Program-made: the position numbers and the translations under genes
Shown: in pieces, positions 24,290 through 35,403 of the stretch
Numbering within the stretch: the first letter of the stretch is position 1
How the letters are laid out: the number at the start of each line of letters is the position of its first letter
DNA from: Balanoglossus misakiensis
Lineage: Eukaryota; Animalia; Hemichordata
Direction of reading: 5' to 3'
Assembly: GCA_040954595.2 (NCBI GenBank)
Contig: CM082589.2
Span: forward strand, 4,416,213 to 4,480,212
Length of the DNA stretch: 64,000 nucleotides
The notes under the pieces: model-generated
Told to the model about the DNA's origin: nothing
Seen by the model: only the letters and a program-made list of their open reading frames with translations
Databases searched by the model: none

Positions 24290-27200
24290 ATGATTTTCAT
24301 GAGGTATAACCCATGGTTTTTTCAAAAAAGTGAAGAAATTTTGATATTTCGCAAAGTCGAAAAATTGTCATTTTTGGATGATTTTCATGAGCTATAACCC
24401 ATGGTTTTTTCAAAAAAGTGAAGAAATTTTGATATTTCGCCAAGTCGAAAAATTGTCATTTTTGGATGATTTTCATGAGCTATAACCCATGGTTTTTTCA
24501 AAAAAGTGAAGAAATTTTGATATTTCGCAAAGTCGAAAAATTGTCATTTTTGGATGATTTTCATGAGCTATAACCCATGTTTTTTTTCAAAAAAGTGAAG
24601 AAATTTTGATATTTCGCAAAGTCGAAAAATTGTCATTTTTGGATGATTTTCATGAGCTATAACCCATGGTTTTTTCAAAAAAGTGAAGAAATTTTGATAT
24701 TTCGCAAAGTCGAAAAATTGTCATTTTTGGATGATTTTCATGAGCTATAACCCATGGTTTTTTAAAAAAAGTGAAGAAATTTTGATATTTCGCAAAGTCG
24801 AAAAATTGTCATTTTTGGATGATTTTCATGAGCTATAACCCATGGTTTTTTCAAAAAAGTGAAGAAATTTTGATATTTCGCAAAGTCGAAAAATTGTCAA
24901 TTTTTGATGATTTTCATGAGCTATAACCCATGGTTTTTTCAAAAAAGTGAAGAAATTTTGATATTTCGCAAAGTCGAAAAATTGTCATTTTTGATGATTT
25001 TCATGAGCTATAACCCATGGTTTTTTCAAAAAAGTGAAGAAATTTTGATATTTCGCAAAGTCGAAAAATTGTCATTTTTGGATGATTTTCATGAGCTATA
25101 ACCCATGTTTTTTTTCAAAAAAGTGAAGAAATTTTGATATTTCGCAAAGTCGAAAAATTGTCATTTTTGGATGATTTTCATGAGCTATAACCCATGGTTT
25201 TTTCAAAAAAGTGAAGAAATTTTGATATTTCGCAAAGTCGAAAAATTGTCATTTTTGGATGATTTTCATGAGCTATAACCCATGGTTTTTTAAAAAAAGT
25301 GAAGAAATTTTGATATTTCGCAAAGTCGAAAAATTGTCATTTTTGGATGATTTTCATGAGCTATAACCCATGGTTTTTTCAAAAAAGTGAAGAAATTTTG
25401 ATATTTCGCAAAGTCGAAAAATTGTCAATTTTTGATGATTTTCATGAGCTATAACCCATGGTTTTTTCAAAAAAGTGAAGAAATTTTGATATTTCGCAAA
25501 GTCGAAAAATTGTCAATTTTTGATGATTTTCATGAGCTATAACCCATGGTTTTTTCAAAAAAGTGAAGAAATTTTGATATTTCGCAAAGTCGAAAAATTG
25601 TCATTTTTGGATGATTTTCATGAGCTATAACCCATGGTTTTTTCAAAAAAGTGAAGAAAATTTGATATTTCGCAAAGTCGAAAAATTGTCATTTTTGGAT
25701 GATTTTCATGAGCTATAACCCATGGTTTTTTCAAAAAAGTGAAGAAATTTTGATATTTCGCAAAGTCGAAAAATTGTCATTTTTGGATGATTTTCATGAG
25801 CTATAACCCATGGTTTTTTCAAAAAAGTGAAGAAATTTTGATATTTCGCAAAGTCGAAAAATTGTCATTTTTGGATGATTTTCATGAGCTATAACCCATG
25901 GTTTTTTCAAAAAAGTGAAGAAATTTTGATATTTCGCAAAGTCGAAAAATAGTCAATTTTTGATGATTTTCATGAGCTATAACCCATGGTTTTTTCAAAA
26001 AAGTGAAGAAATTTTGATATTTCGCAAAGTAGAAAAATTGTCAATTTTTGATGATTTTCATGAGCTATAACCCATGGTTTTTTCAAAAAAGTGAAGAAAT
26101 TTTGATATTTCGCAAAGTCGAAAAATTGTCAATTTTTGATGATTTTCATGAGCTATAACCCATGGTTTTTTCAAAAAAGTGAAGAAATTTTGATATTTCG
26201 CAAAGTCGAAAAATTGTCAATTTTTGATGATTTTCATGAGCTATAACCCATGGTTTTTTCAAAAAAGTGAAGAAATTTTGATATTTCGCAAAGTCGAAAA
26301 ATTGTCATTTTTGGATGATTTTCATGAGCTATAACCCATGGTTTTTTCAAAAAAGTGAAGAAATTTTGATATTTCGCAAAGTCGAAAAATTGTCATTTTT
26401 GGATGATTTTCATGAGCTATAACCCATGGTTTTTTCAAAAAAGTGAAGAAATTTTGATATTTCGCAAAGTCGAAAAATAGTCAATTTTTGATGATTTTCA
26501 TGAGCTATAACCCATGGTTTTTTCAAAAAAGTGAAGAAATTTTGATATTTCGCAAAGTAGAAAAATTGTCAATTTTTGATGATTTTCATGAGCTATAACC
26601 CATGGTTTTTTCAAAAAAGTGAAGAAATTTTGATATTTCGCAAAGTCGAAAAATTGTCAATTTTTGATGATTTTCATGAGCTATAACCCATGGTTTTTTC
26701 AAAAAAGTGAAGAAATTTTGATATTTCGCAAAGTCGAAAAATTGTCAATTTTTGATGATTTTCATGAGCTATAACCCATGGTTTTTTCAAAAAAGTGAAG
26801 AAATTTTGATATTTCGCAAAGTCGAAAAATTGTCATTTTTGATGATTTTCATGAGCTATAACCCATGTTTTTTTCAAAAAAGTGAAGAATTTTTGATATT
26901 TCGCTAAGTGGAAAAATTGTCATTTTTGGATGATTTTCTTGAGCTATAACCCATGGTTTTTTCAAAAAAGTGAAGAAATTTTGATATTTCGCAAAGTCAA
27001 AAAATTGTCATTTTTGGATGATTTTCATGAGCTATAACCCATGGTTTTTTCAAAAAAGTGAAGAAATTTTGATATTTCGCAAAGTCGAAAAATTGTCATT
27101 TTTGGATGATTTTCATGAGCTATAACCCATGGTTTTTTCAAAAAAGTGAAGAAATTTTGATATTTCGCAAAGTCGAAAAATAGTCAATTTTTGATGATTT

Positions 27201-30200
27201 TCTTGAGCTATAACCCATGGTTTTTTCAAAAAAGTGAAGAAATTTTGATATTTCGCAAAGTCGAAAAATTGTCATTTTTGGATGATTTTCATGAGCTATA
27301 ACCCATGGTTTTTTCAAAAAAGTGAAGAAATTTTGATATTTCGCAAAGTCGAAAAATTGTCAATTTTTGATGATTTTCATGAGCTATAACCCATGGTTTT
27401 TTAAAAAAAGTGAAGAAATTTTGATATTTCGCAAAGTCGAAAAATTGTCAATTTTTGATGATTTTCATGAGCTATAACCCATGGTTTTTTAAAAAAAGTG
27501 AAGAAATTTTGATATTTCGCAAAGTCGAAAAATTGTCATTTTTGGATGATTTTCATGAGCTATAACCCATGGTTTTTTAAAAAAAGTGAAGAAATTTTGA
27601 TATTTCGCAAAGTCAAAAATTGTCATTTTTGGATGATTTTCATGAGCTATAACCCATGGTTTTTTCAAAAAAGTGAAGAAATTTTGATATTTCGCAAAGT
27701 CGAAAAATTGTCATTTTTGGATGATTTTCATGAGCTATAACCCATGGTTTTTTCAAAAAAGTGAAGAAATTTTGATATTTCGCAAAGTCGAAAAATTGTC
27801 ATTTTTGGATGATTTTCATGAGCTATAACCCATGGTTTTTTCAAAAAAGTGAAGAAATTTTGATATTTCGCAAAGTCGAAAAATTGTCATTTTTGGATGA
27901 TTTTCATGAGCTATAACCCATGGTTTTTTCAAAAAAGTGAAGAAATTTTGATATTTCGCAAAGTCGAAAAATTGTCATTTTTGGATGATTTTCATGAGCT
28001 ATAACCCATGGTTTTTTTTAAAAAGTGAAGAAATTTTGATATTTCGCAAAGTCGAAAAATTGTCCTTTTTGGATGATTTTCATGAGCTATAACCCATGGT
28101 TTTTTCAAAAAAGTGAAGAAATTTTGATATTTCGCAAAGTCGAAAAATAGTCAATTTTGGATGATTTTCATGAGCTATAACCCATGGTTTTTTCAAAAAT
28201 GTGAAGAAATTTTGATATTTCGCAAAGTCGAAAAATAGTCAATTTTGGATGATTTTCATGAGCTATAACCCATGGTTTTTTCAAAAAAGTGAAGAAATTT
28301 TGATATTTCGCAAAGTCGAAAAATTGTCATTTTTGGATGATTTTCATGAGCTATAACCCATGGTTTTTTCAAAAAAGTGAAGAAATTTTGATATTTCGCA
28401 AAGTCGAAAAATTGTCATTTTTGGATGATTTTCATGAGCTATAACCCATGGTTTTTTCAAAAAAGTGAAGAAATTTTGATATTTCGCAAAGTCGAAAAAT
28501 TGTCATTTTTGGATGATTTTCATGAGCTATAACCCATGGTTTTTTTTAAAAAGTGAAGAAATTTTGATATTTCGCAAAGTCGAAAAATTGTCCTTTTTGG
28601 ATGATTTTCATGAGCTATAACCCATGGTTTTTTCAAAAAAGTGAAGAAATTTTGATATTTCGCAAAGTCGAAAAATAGTCAATTTTGGATGATTTTCATG
28701 AGCTATAACCCATGGTTTTTTCAAAAAAGTGAAGAAATTTTGATATTTCGCAAAGTCGAAAAATTGTCATTTTTGGATGATTTTCATGAGCTATAACCCA
28801 TGGTTTTTTCAAAAAAGTGAAGAAATTTTGATATTTCGCAAAGTCGAAAAATTGTCATTTTTGGATGATTTTCATGAGCTATAACCCATGGTTTTTTCAA
28901 AAAAGTGAAGAAATTTTGATATTTCGCAAAGTCGAAAAATTGTCAATTTTGGATGATTTTCATGAGCTATAACCCATGGTTTTTTCAAAAAAGTGAAGAA
29001 ATTTTGATATTTCGCAAAGTCGAAAAATTGTCAATTTTGGATGATTTTCATGAGCTATAACCCATGGTTTTTTAAAAAAAGTGAAGAAATTTTGATATTT
29101 CGCAAAGTCGAAAAATTGTCAATTTTTGATGATTTTCATGAGCTATAACCCATGGTTTTTTTAAAAAAGTGAAGAAATTTTGATATTTCGCAAAGTCTAA
29201 AAATTGTCATTTTTGGATGATTTTCATGAGCTATAACCCAGGGTTTTTTCAAAAAAGTGAAGAAATTTTGATATTTCGCAAAGTCAAAAATTGTCATTTT
29301 TGGATGATTTTCATGAGCTATAACCCATGGTTTTTTCAAAAAAGTGAAGAAATTTTGATATTTCGCAAAGTCGAAAAATTGTCATTTTTGGATGATTTTC
29401 ATGAGCTATAACCCATGTTTTTTTCAAAAAAGTGAAGAAATTTTGATATTTCGCAAAGTCGAAAAATTGTCATTTTTGGATGATTTTCATGAGCTATAAC
29501 CCATGGTTTTTTCAAAAAAGTGAAGAAATTTTGATATTTCGCAAAGTCGAAAAATTGTCATTTTTGGATGATTTTCATGAGCTATAACCCATGGTTTTTT
29601 CAAAAAAGTGAAGAAATTTTGATATTTCGCAAAGTCGAAAAATTGTCATTTTTGGATGATTTTCATGAGCTATAACCCATGGTTTTTTTTAAAAAGTGAA
29701 GAAATTTTGATATTTCGCAAAGTCGAAAAATTGTCATTTTTGGATGATTTTCATGAGCTATAACCCATGGTTTTTTCAAAAAAGTGAAGAAATTTTGATA
29801 TTTCGCAAAGTCGAAAAATAGTCAATTTTGGATGATTTTCATGAGCTATAACCCATGGTTTTTTCAAAAAAGTGAAGAAATTTTGATATTTCGCAAAGTC
29901 GAAAAATTGTCATTTTTGGATGATTTTCATGAGCTATAACCCATGGTTTTTTCAAAAAAGTGAAGAAATGTTGATATTTCGCAAAGTCGAAAAATTGTCA
30001 TTTTTGGATGATTTTCATGAGCTATAACCCATGGTTTTTTCAAAAAAGTGAAGAAATTTTGATATTTCGCAAAGTCGAAAAATTGTCAATTTTGGATGAT
30101 TTTCATGAGCTATAACCCATGGTTTTTTCAAAAAAGTGAAGAAATTTTGATATTTCGCAAAGTCGAAAAATTGTCAATTTTGGATGATTTTCATGAGCTA

Positions 30201-33200
30201 TAACCCATGGTTTTTTCAAAAAAGTGAAGAAATTTTGATATTTCGCAAAGTCGAAAAATTGTCAATTTTGGATGATTTTCATGAGCTATAACCCATGGTT
30301 GTTTAAAAAAATTGAAGAAATTTCGATATTTCGCAAAGTCGAAAAATTGTCATTTTTGGATGATTTTCATGAGCTATAACCCATGGTTGTTTCAAAAAAG
30401 TGAAGAAATTTCGATATTTCGCAAAGTCGAAAAATTGTCATTTTTGGATGATATTCATGAGCTATAACCCATGGTTTCTTCAAAAAAGTGAAGAAATTTC
30501 GATATTTCGCAAAGTCGAAAAATTGTCATTTTTGGATGATTTTCATGAGCTATAACCCATGGTTTTTTCAAAAAAGTGAAGAAATTTTGATATTTCGCAA
30601 AGTCGAAAAATTGTCATTTTTGGATGATTTTCATGAGCTATAACCCATGGTTTTTTCAAAAAAGTGAAGAAATTTTGATATTTCGCAAAGTCGAAAAATA
30701 GTCAATTTTGGATGATTTTCATGAGCTATAACCCATGGTTTTTTCAAAAAAGTGAAGAAATTTTGATATTTCGCAAAGTCGAAAAATTGTCATTTTTGGA
30801 TGATTTTCATGAGCTATAACCCATGGTTTTTTCAAAAAAGTGAAGAAATGTTGATATTTCGCAAAGTCGAAAAATTGTCATTTTTGGATGATTTTCATGA
30901 GCTATAACCCATGGTTTTTTCAAAAAAGTGAAGAAATTTTGATATTTCGCAAAGTCGAAAAATTGTCAATTTTGGATGATTTTCATGAGCTATAACCCAT
31001 GGTTTTTTCAAAAAAGTGAAGAAATTTTGATATTTCGCAAAGTCGAAAAATTGTCAATTTTGGATGATTTTCATGAGCTATAACCCATGGTTGTTTAAAA
31101 AAATTGAAGAAATTTCGATATTTCGCAAAGTCGAAAAATTGTCATTTTTGGATGATTTTCATGAGCTATAACCCATGGTTGTTTCAAAAAAGTGAAGAAA
31201 TTTCGATATTTCGCAAAGTCGAAAAATTGTCATTTTTGGATGATATTCATGAGCTATAACCCATGGTTTCTTCAAAAAAGTGAAGAAATTTCGATATTTC
31301 GCAAAGTCGAAAAATTGTCATTTTTGGATGATTTTCATGAGCTATAACCCATGGTTTTTTCAAAAAAGTGAAGAAATTTTGATATTTCGCAAAGTCGAAA
31401 AATTGTCATTTTTGGATGATTTTCATGAGCTATAACCCATGGTTTTTTCAAAAAAGTGAAGAAATTTTGATATTTCGCAAAGTCGAAAAATTGTCATTTT
31501 GGGATGATTTTCATGAGCTATAACCCATGGTTTTTTCAAAAAAGTGAAGAAATTTTGATATTTCGCAAAGTCGAAAAATTATCATTTTTGGATGATTTTC
31601 ATGAGCTATAACCCATGGTTTTTTGAAAAAAGTGAAGACATTTTGATATTTCGCAAAGTCGAAAAATTGTCAATTTTGGATGATTTTCATGAGCTATAAC
31701 CCATGGTTTTTTCAAAAAAGTGAAGAAATTTTGATATTTCGCAAAGTCGAAAAATTGTCATTTTTGGATGATTTTCATGAGCTATAACCCATGGTTTTTT
31801 TTCAAAAAAGTGAAGAAATTTTGATATTTCGCAAAGTCGAAAAATTGTCAATTTTGGATGATTTTCATGAGCTATAACCCATGGTTTTTTCAAAAAAATG
31901 AAGAAATTTTGATATTTCGCAAAGTCGAAAAATTGTCATTTTTGGATGATTTTCATGAGCTATAACCCATGGTTTTTTCAAAAAAGTGAAGAAATTTTGA
32001 TATTTCGCAAAGTCGAAAAATTGTCATTTTTGGATGATTTTCATGAGCTATAACCCATGGTTTTTTCAAAAAAGTGAAGAAATTTTGATATTTCGCAAAG
32101 TCGAAAAATAGTCAATTTTTGATGATTTTCATGAGCTATAACCCATGGTTTTTTCAAAAAAGTGAAGAAATTTTGATATTTCGCAAAGTCGAAAAATTGT
32201 CATTTTTGGATGATTTTCATGAGCTATAACCCATGGTTTTTTCAAAAAAGTGAAGAAATTTTGATATTTCGCAAAGTCGAAAAATTGTCATTTTTGGATG
32301 ATTTTCATGAGCTATAACCCATGGTTTTTTCAAAAAAGTGAAGAAATTTTGATATTTCGCAAAGTCGAAAAATTGTCATTTTTGGATGATTTTCATGAGC
32401 TATAACCCATGGTTTTTTCAAAAAAGTGAAGAAATTTTGATATTTCGCAAAGTCGAAAAATTGTCAATTTTGGATGATTTTCATGAGCTATAACCCATGG
32501 TTTTTTCAAAAAAGTGAAGAAATTTTGATATTTCGCAAAGTCGAAAAATTGTCATTTTTGGATGATTTTCATGAGCTATAACCCATGGTTTTTTAAAAAA
32601 ATTGAAGAAATTTTGATATTTCGCAAAGTCGAAAAATTGTCAATTTTGGATGATTTTCATGAGCTATAACCCATGGTTTTTTCAAAAAAGTGAAGAAATT
32701 TTGATATTTCGCAAAGTCGAAAAATTGTAATTTTTGGATGATTTTCATGAGCTATAACCCATGGTTTTTTCAAAAAAGTGAAGAAATTTTGATATTTCGC
32801 AAAGTCAAAAAATTGTCATTTTTGGATGATTTTCATGAGCTATAACCCATGGTTTTTTCAAAAAATTGAAGAAATTTTGATATTTCGCAAAGTCGAAAAA
32901 TTGTCATTTTTGGATGATTTTCATGAGCTATAACCCATGGTTTTTTCAAAAAAGTGAAGAAATTTTGATATTTCGCAAAGTCGAAAAATTGTCAATTTTG
33001 GATGATTTTCATGAGCTATAACCCATGGTTTTTTCAAAAAAGTGAAGAAATTTTGATATTTCGCAAAGTCGAAAAATTGTCATTTTGGGATGATTTTCAT
33101 TAGCTATAACCCATGGTTTTTTCAAAAAAGTGAAGAAATTTTGATATTTCGCAAAGTCGAAAAATTGTCATTTTTGGATGATTTTCATGAGCTATAACCC

Positions 33201-33969
33201 ATGGTTTTTTCAAAAAAGTGAAGAAATTTTGATATTTCGCAAAGTCGAAAAATTGTCAATTTTGGATGATTTTCATGAGCTATAACCCATGGTTTTTTCA
33301 AAAAATTGAAGAAATTTTGATATTTCGCAAAGTCGAAAAATTGTCATTTTTGGATGATTTTCATGAGCTATAACCCATGGTTTTTTCAAAAAAGTGAAGA
33401 AATTTTGATATTTCGCAAAGTCGAAAAATTGTCAATTTTGGATGATTTTCATGAGCTATAACCCATGGTTTTTTCAAAAAAGTGAAGAAATTTTGATATT
33501 TCGCAAAGTCGAAAAATTGTCATTTTTGGATGATTTTCATGAGCTATAACCCATGGTTTTTTCAAAAAAGTGAAGAAATTTTGATATTTCGCAAAGTCGA
33601 AAAATTGTCATTTTTGGATGATTTTCATGAGCTATAACCCATGGTTTTTTCAAAAAAGTGAAGAAATTTTGATATTTCGCAAAGTCGAAAAATTGTCAAT
33701 TTTGGATGATTTTCATGAGCTATAACCCATGGTTTTTTCAAAAAATTGAAGAAATTTTGATATTTCGCAAAGTCGAAAAATTGTCATTTTTGGATGATTT
33801 TCATGAGCTATAACCCATGGTTTTTTCAAAAAATTGAAGAAATTTTGATATTTCGCAAAGTCGAAAAATTGTCATTTTGGGATGATTTTCATGAGCTATA
33901 ACCCATGATTTTGTAAAAAAAAATGAAGAAATTTTGAAAATTCGCAAACTCGGACAATCGTTGTTATTT
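24290..33969 (+). repeat. Main satellite block (~110 monomers, reads CATGAGCTATAACCCATGG on +)
   Basis: Uninterrupted, highly homogeneous 88-bp tandem copies up to the LINE insertion site. Confidence 0.97.
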
Positions 33970-34584
33970 CTAGATATTCGTGGTCTTTATTCAGTATTTC
34001 TAGGCCATCGGCCCAACATACTTCATATTTTAGTCAAACAAGTACAGAAAAAATGACAGGAAAATAATATTTACAAACACTCAAAATAAATCCATATCAT
34101 GAATTTCCTTTTTCACTTTCATAGCATGGAAAGTGAAAGCTGCTGGACGTTGTAGTGTATCTGGATCCTCCGTTGTCATTAAACAAATAAACTTTCTCTC
34201 CGTTGGTGTATTAAAACAATAGCGGGGAATATACTTCATCCTCAGGTTTTCAAAAAAATTACAGAATAAAACAAAATGACATTCGTTTTCAACTTCATTC
34301 TTGTTACACAGCAAACATACTCTTTCATTGACATCATTTTTCAGTTTTCTGTATGTTTCAATACGCAAATAATGGGAAGACATCTCAAGCGTGCTAACAT
34401 AGAAATGTGTACATTGATTTTTACAACAGAGAGATATTTTTCTGGTGTAAGTGAACATTTCAGTTCTCGATAACAGGAAAGTTTGTCAAGAGTAGAAATT
34501 TCGCCATACCAATTATTATGTAAATAGCTCTTAAAATTATCTACAAAAGTTCAAATAAAACTGTTCTCATCAGGAACTTCTGAA
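33970..34584 (-). mobile_element. 5'-truncated non-LTR retrotransposon (3' end of ORF2 + 3'UTR; RTE-X-like) inserted into a satellite monomer
   Basis: ORF 34081..34458 encodes SSHYLRIETYR...ERVCLLCNKNEVENECHFVLFC, the C-terminal CCHC domain of LINE ORF2. The 3'UTR has a GGCC-GAT-GGCC hairpin and AATAAA. Flanked by 14-bp direct repeat AATCGTTGTTATTT (33956-33969 and 34585-34598). Confidence 0.88.
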
Positions 34585-35000
34585 AATCGTTGTTATTTAA
34601 TGATTTTTTTCAAAAAAGGATGAAATTTTGAAAATTCGCAAACTCGGAAAATCGTCATATTTTGATGATTTTCATGAGCTATAACCCATGTTTTTTTTAA
34701 AAAAATGAAGAAATTTTGAAAATTCGCAAACTCGGAAAATCGTTATTATTTGATGATTTTCATGAGCTATAACCCATGATTTTGTAAAAAAAAAAAGGAT
34801 GAAATTTTGATATTTCGCAAAGTCGAAAAATTGTCATTTTTGGATGACTTTCATGAGCTATAACCCATGATTTTTTTCAAAAAATGAAGAAATTTTGAAA
34901 ATTCGCAAAGTCGGAAAATCGTCATTTTTGATGATTTTCATGAGCTATAACCCATGAAATTTTCAACAAAAAATGAAGACATTTTGAAAATTCGCAAACT

Positions 35001-35324
35001 CATACATACATACATACATACATACATACATACATACATACATACATACATACGTACGTACGTACGTACGTACGTACGTACGTACGTACGTACATACATA
35101 CATACATACATACATACATACATACATACATACATACATACATACATACATACATACATACATACATACATACATACATACATACATACATACATACATA
35201 CATACATACATACATACATACATACATACATACATACATACATACATACATACATACATACATACATACATACATACATACATACATACATACATACATA
35301 CATACATACATACATACATACACA

Positions 35325-35357
<33 letters not shown>

Positions 35358-35403
35358 GACATACATACATACACACACACACACCATCCATCCATCCATC
35401 CAT
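35001..35403. repeat. Compound microsatellite (TACA)n-(TACG)10-(TACA)n-(CA)n-(CCAT)n
   Basis: Directly visible; starts immediately after the last satellite base ...TTCGCAAACT. Confidence 0.98.

Larger units (their letters stand above)
18694..35000. repeat. 88-bp AT-rich satellite array (~175-180 monomers) with internal inversion and one LINE insertion
   Basis: Consensus GATGATTTTCATGAGCTATAACCCATGGTTTTTTCAAAAAAGTGAAGAAATTTTGATATTTCGCAAAGTCGAAAAATTGTCATTTTTG. Period 88 measured from CCATGG positions (18879->18967; 19231->19319). Confidence 0.98.

Noticed and set aside
18789-31893. Short ORFs such as MKKPWVIAHENHPK... and MIFMSYNPWFF... in the array
   Set aside because: Translations of satellite monomers opened by 1-bp indels; the 88-bp period is not a multiple of 3.
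18694-35000. CRISPR-like regular repeat
   Set aside because: Monomers are contiguous with no unique spacers, no cas genes are present, and the context is eukaryotic.
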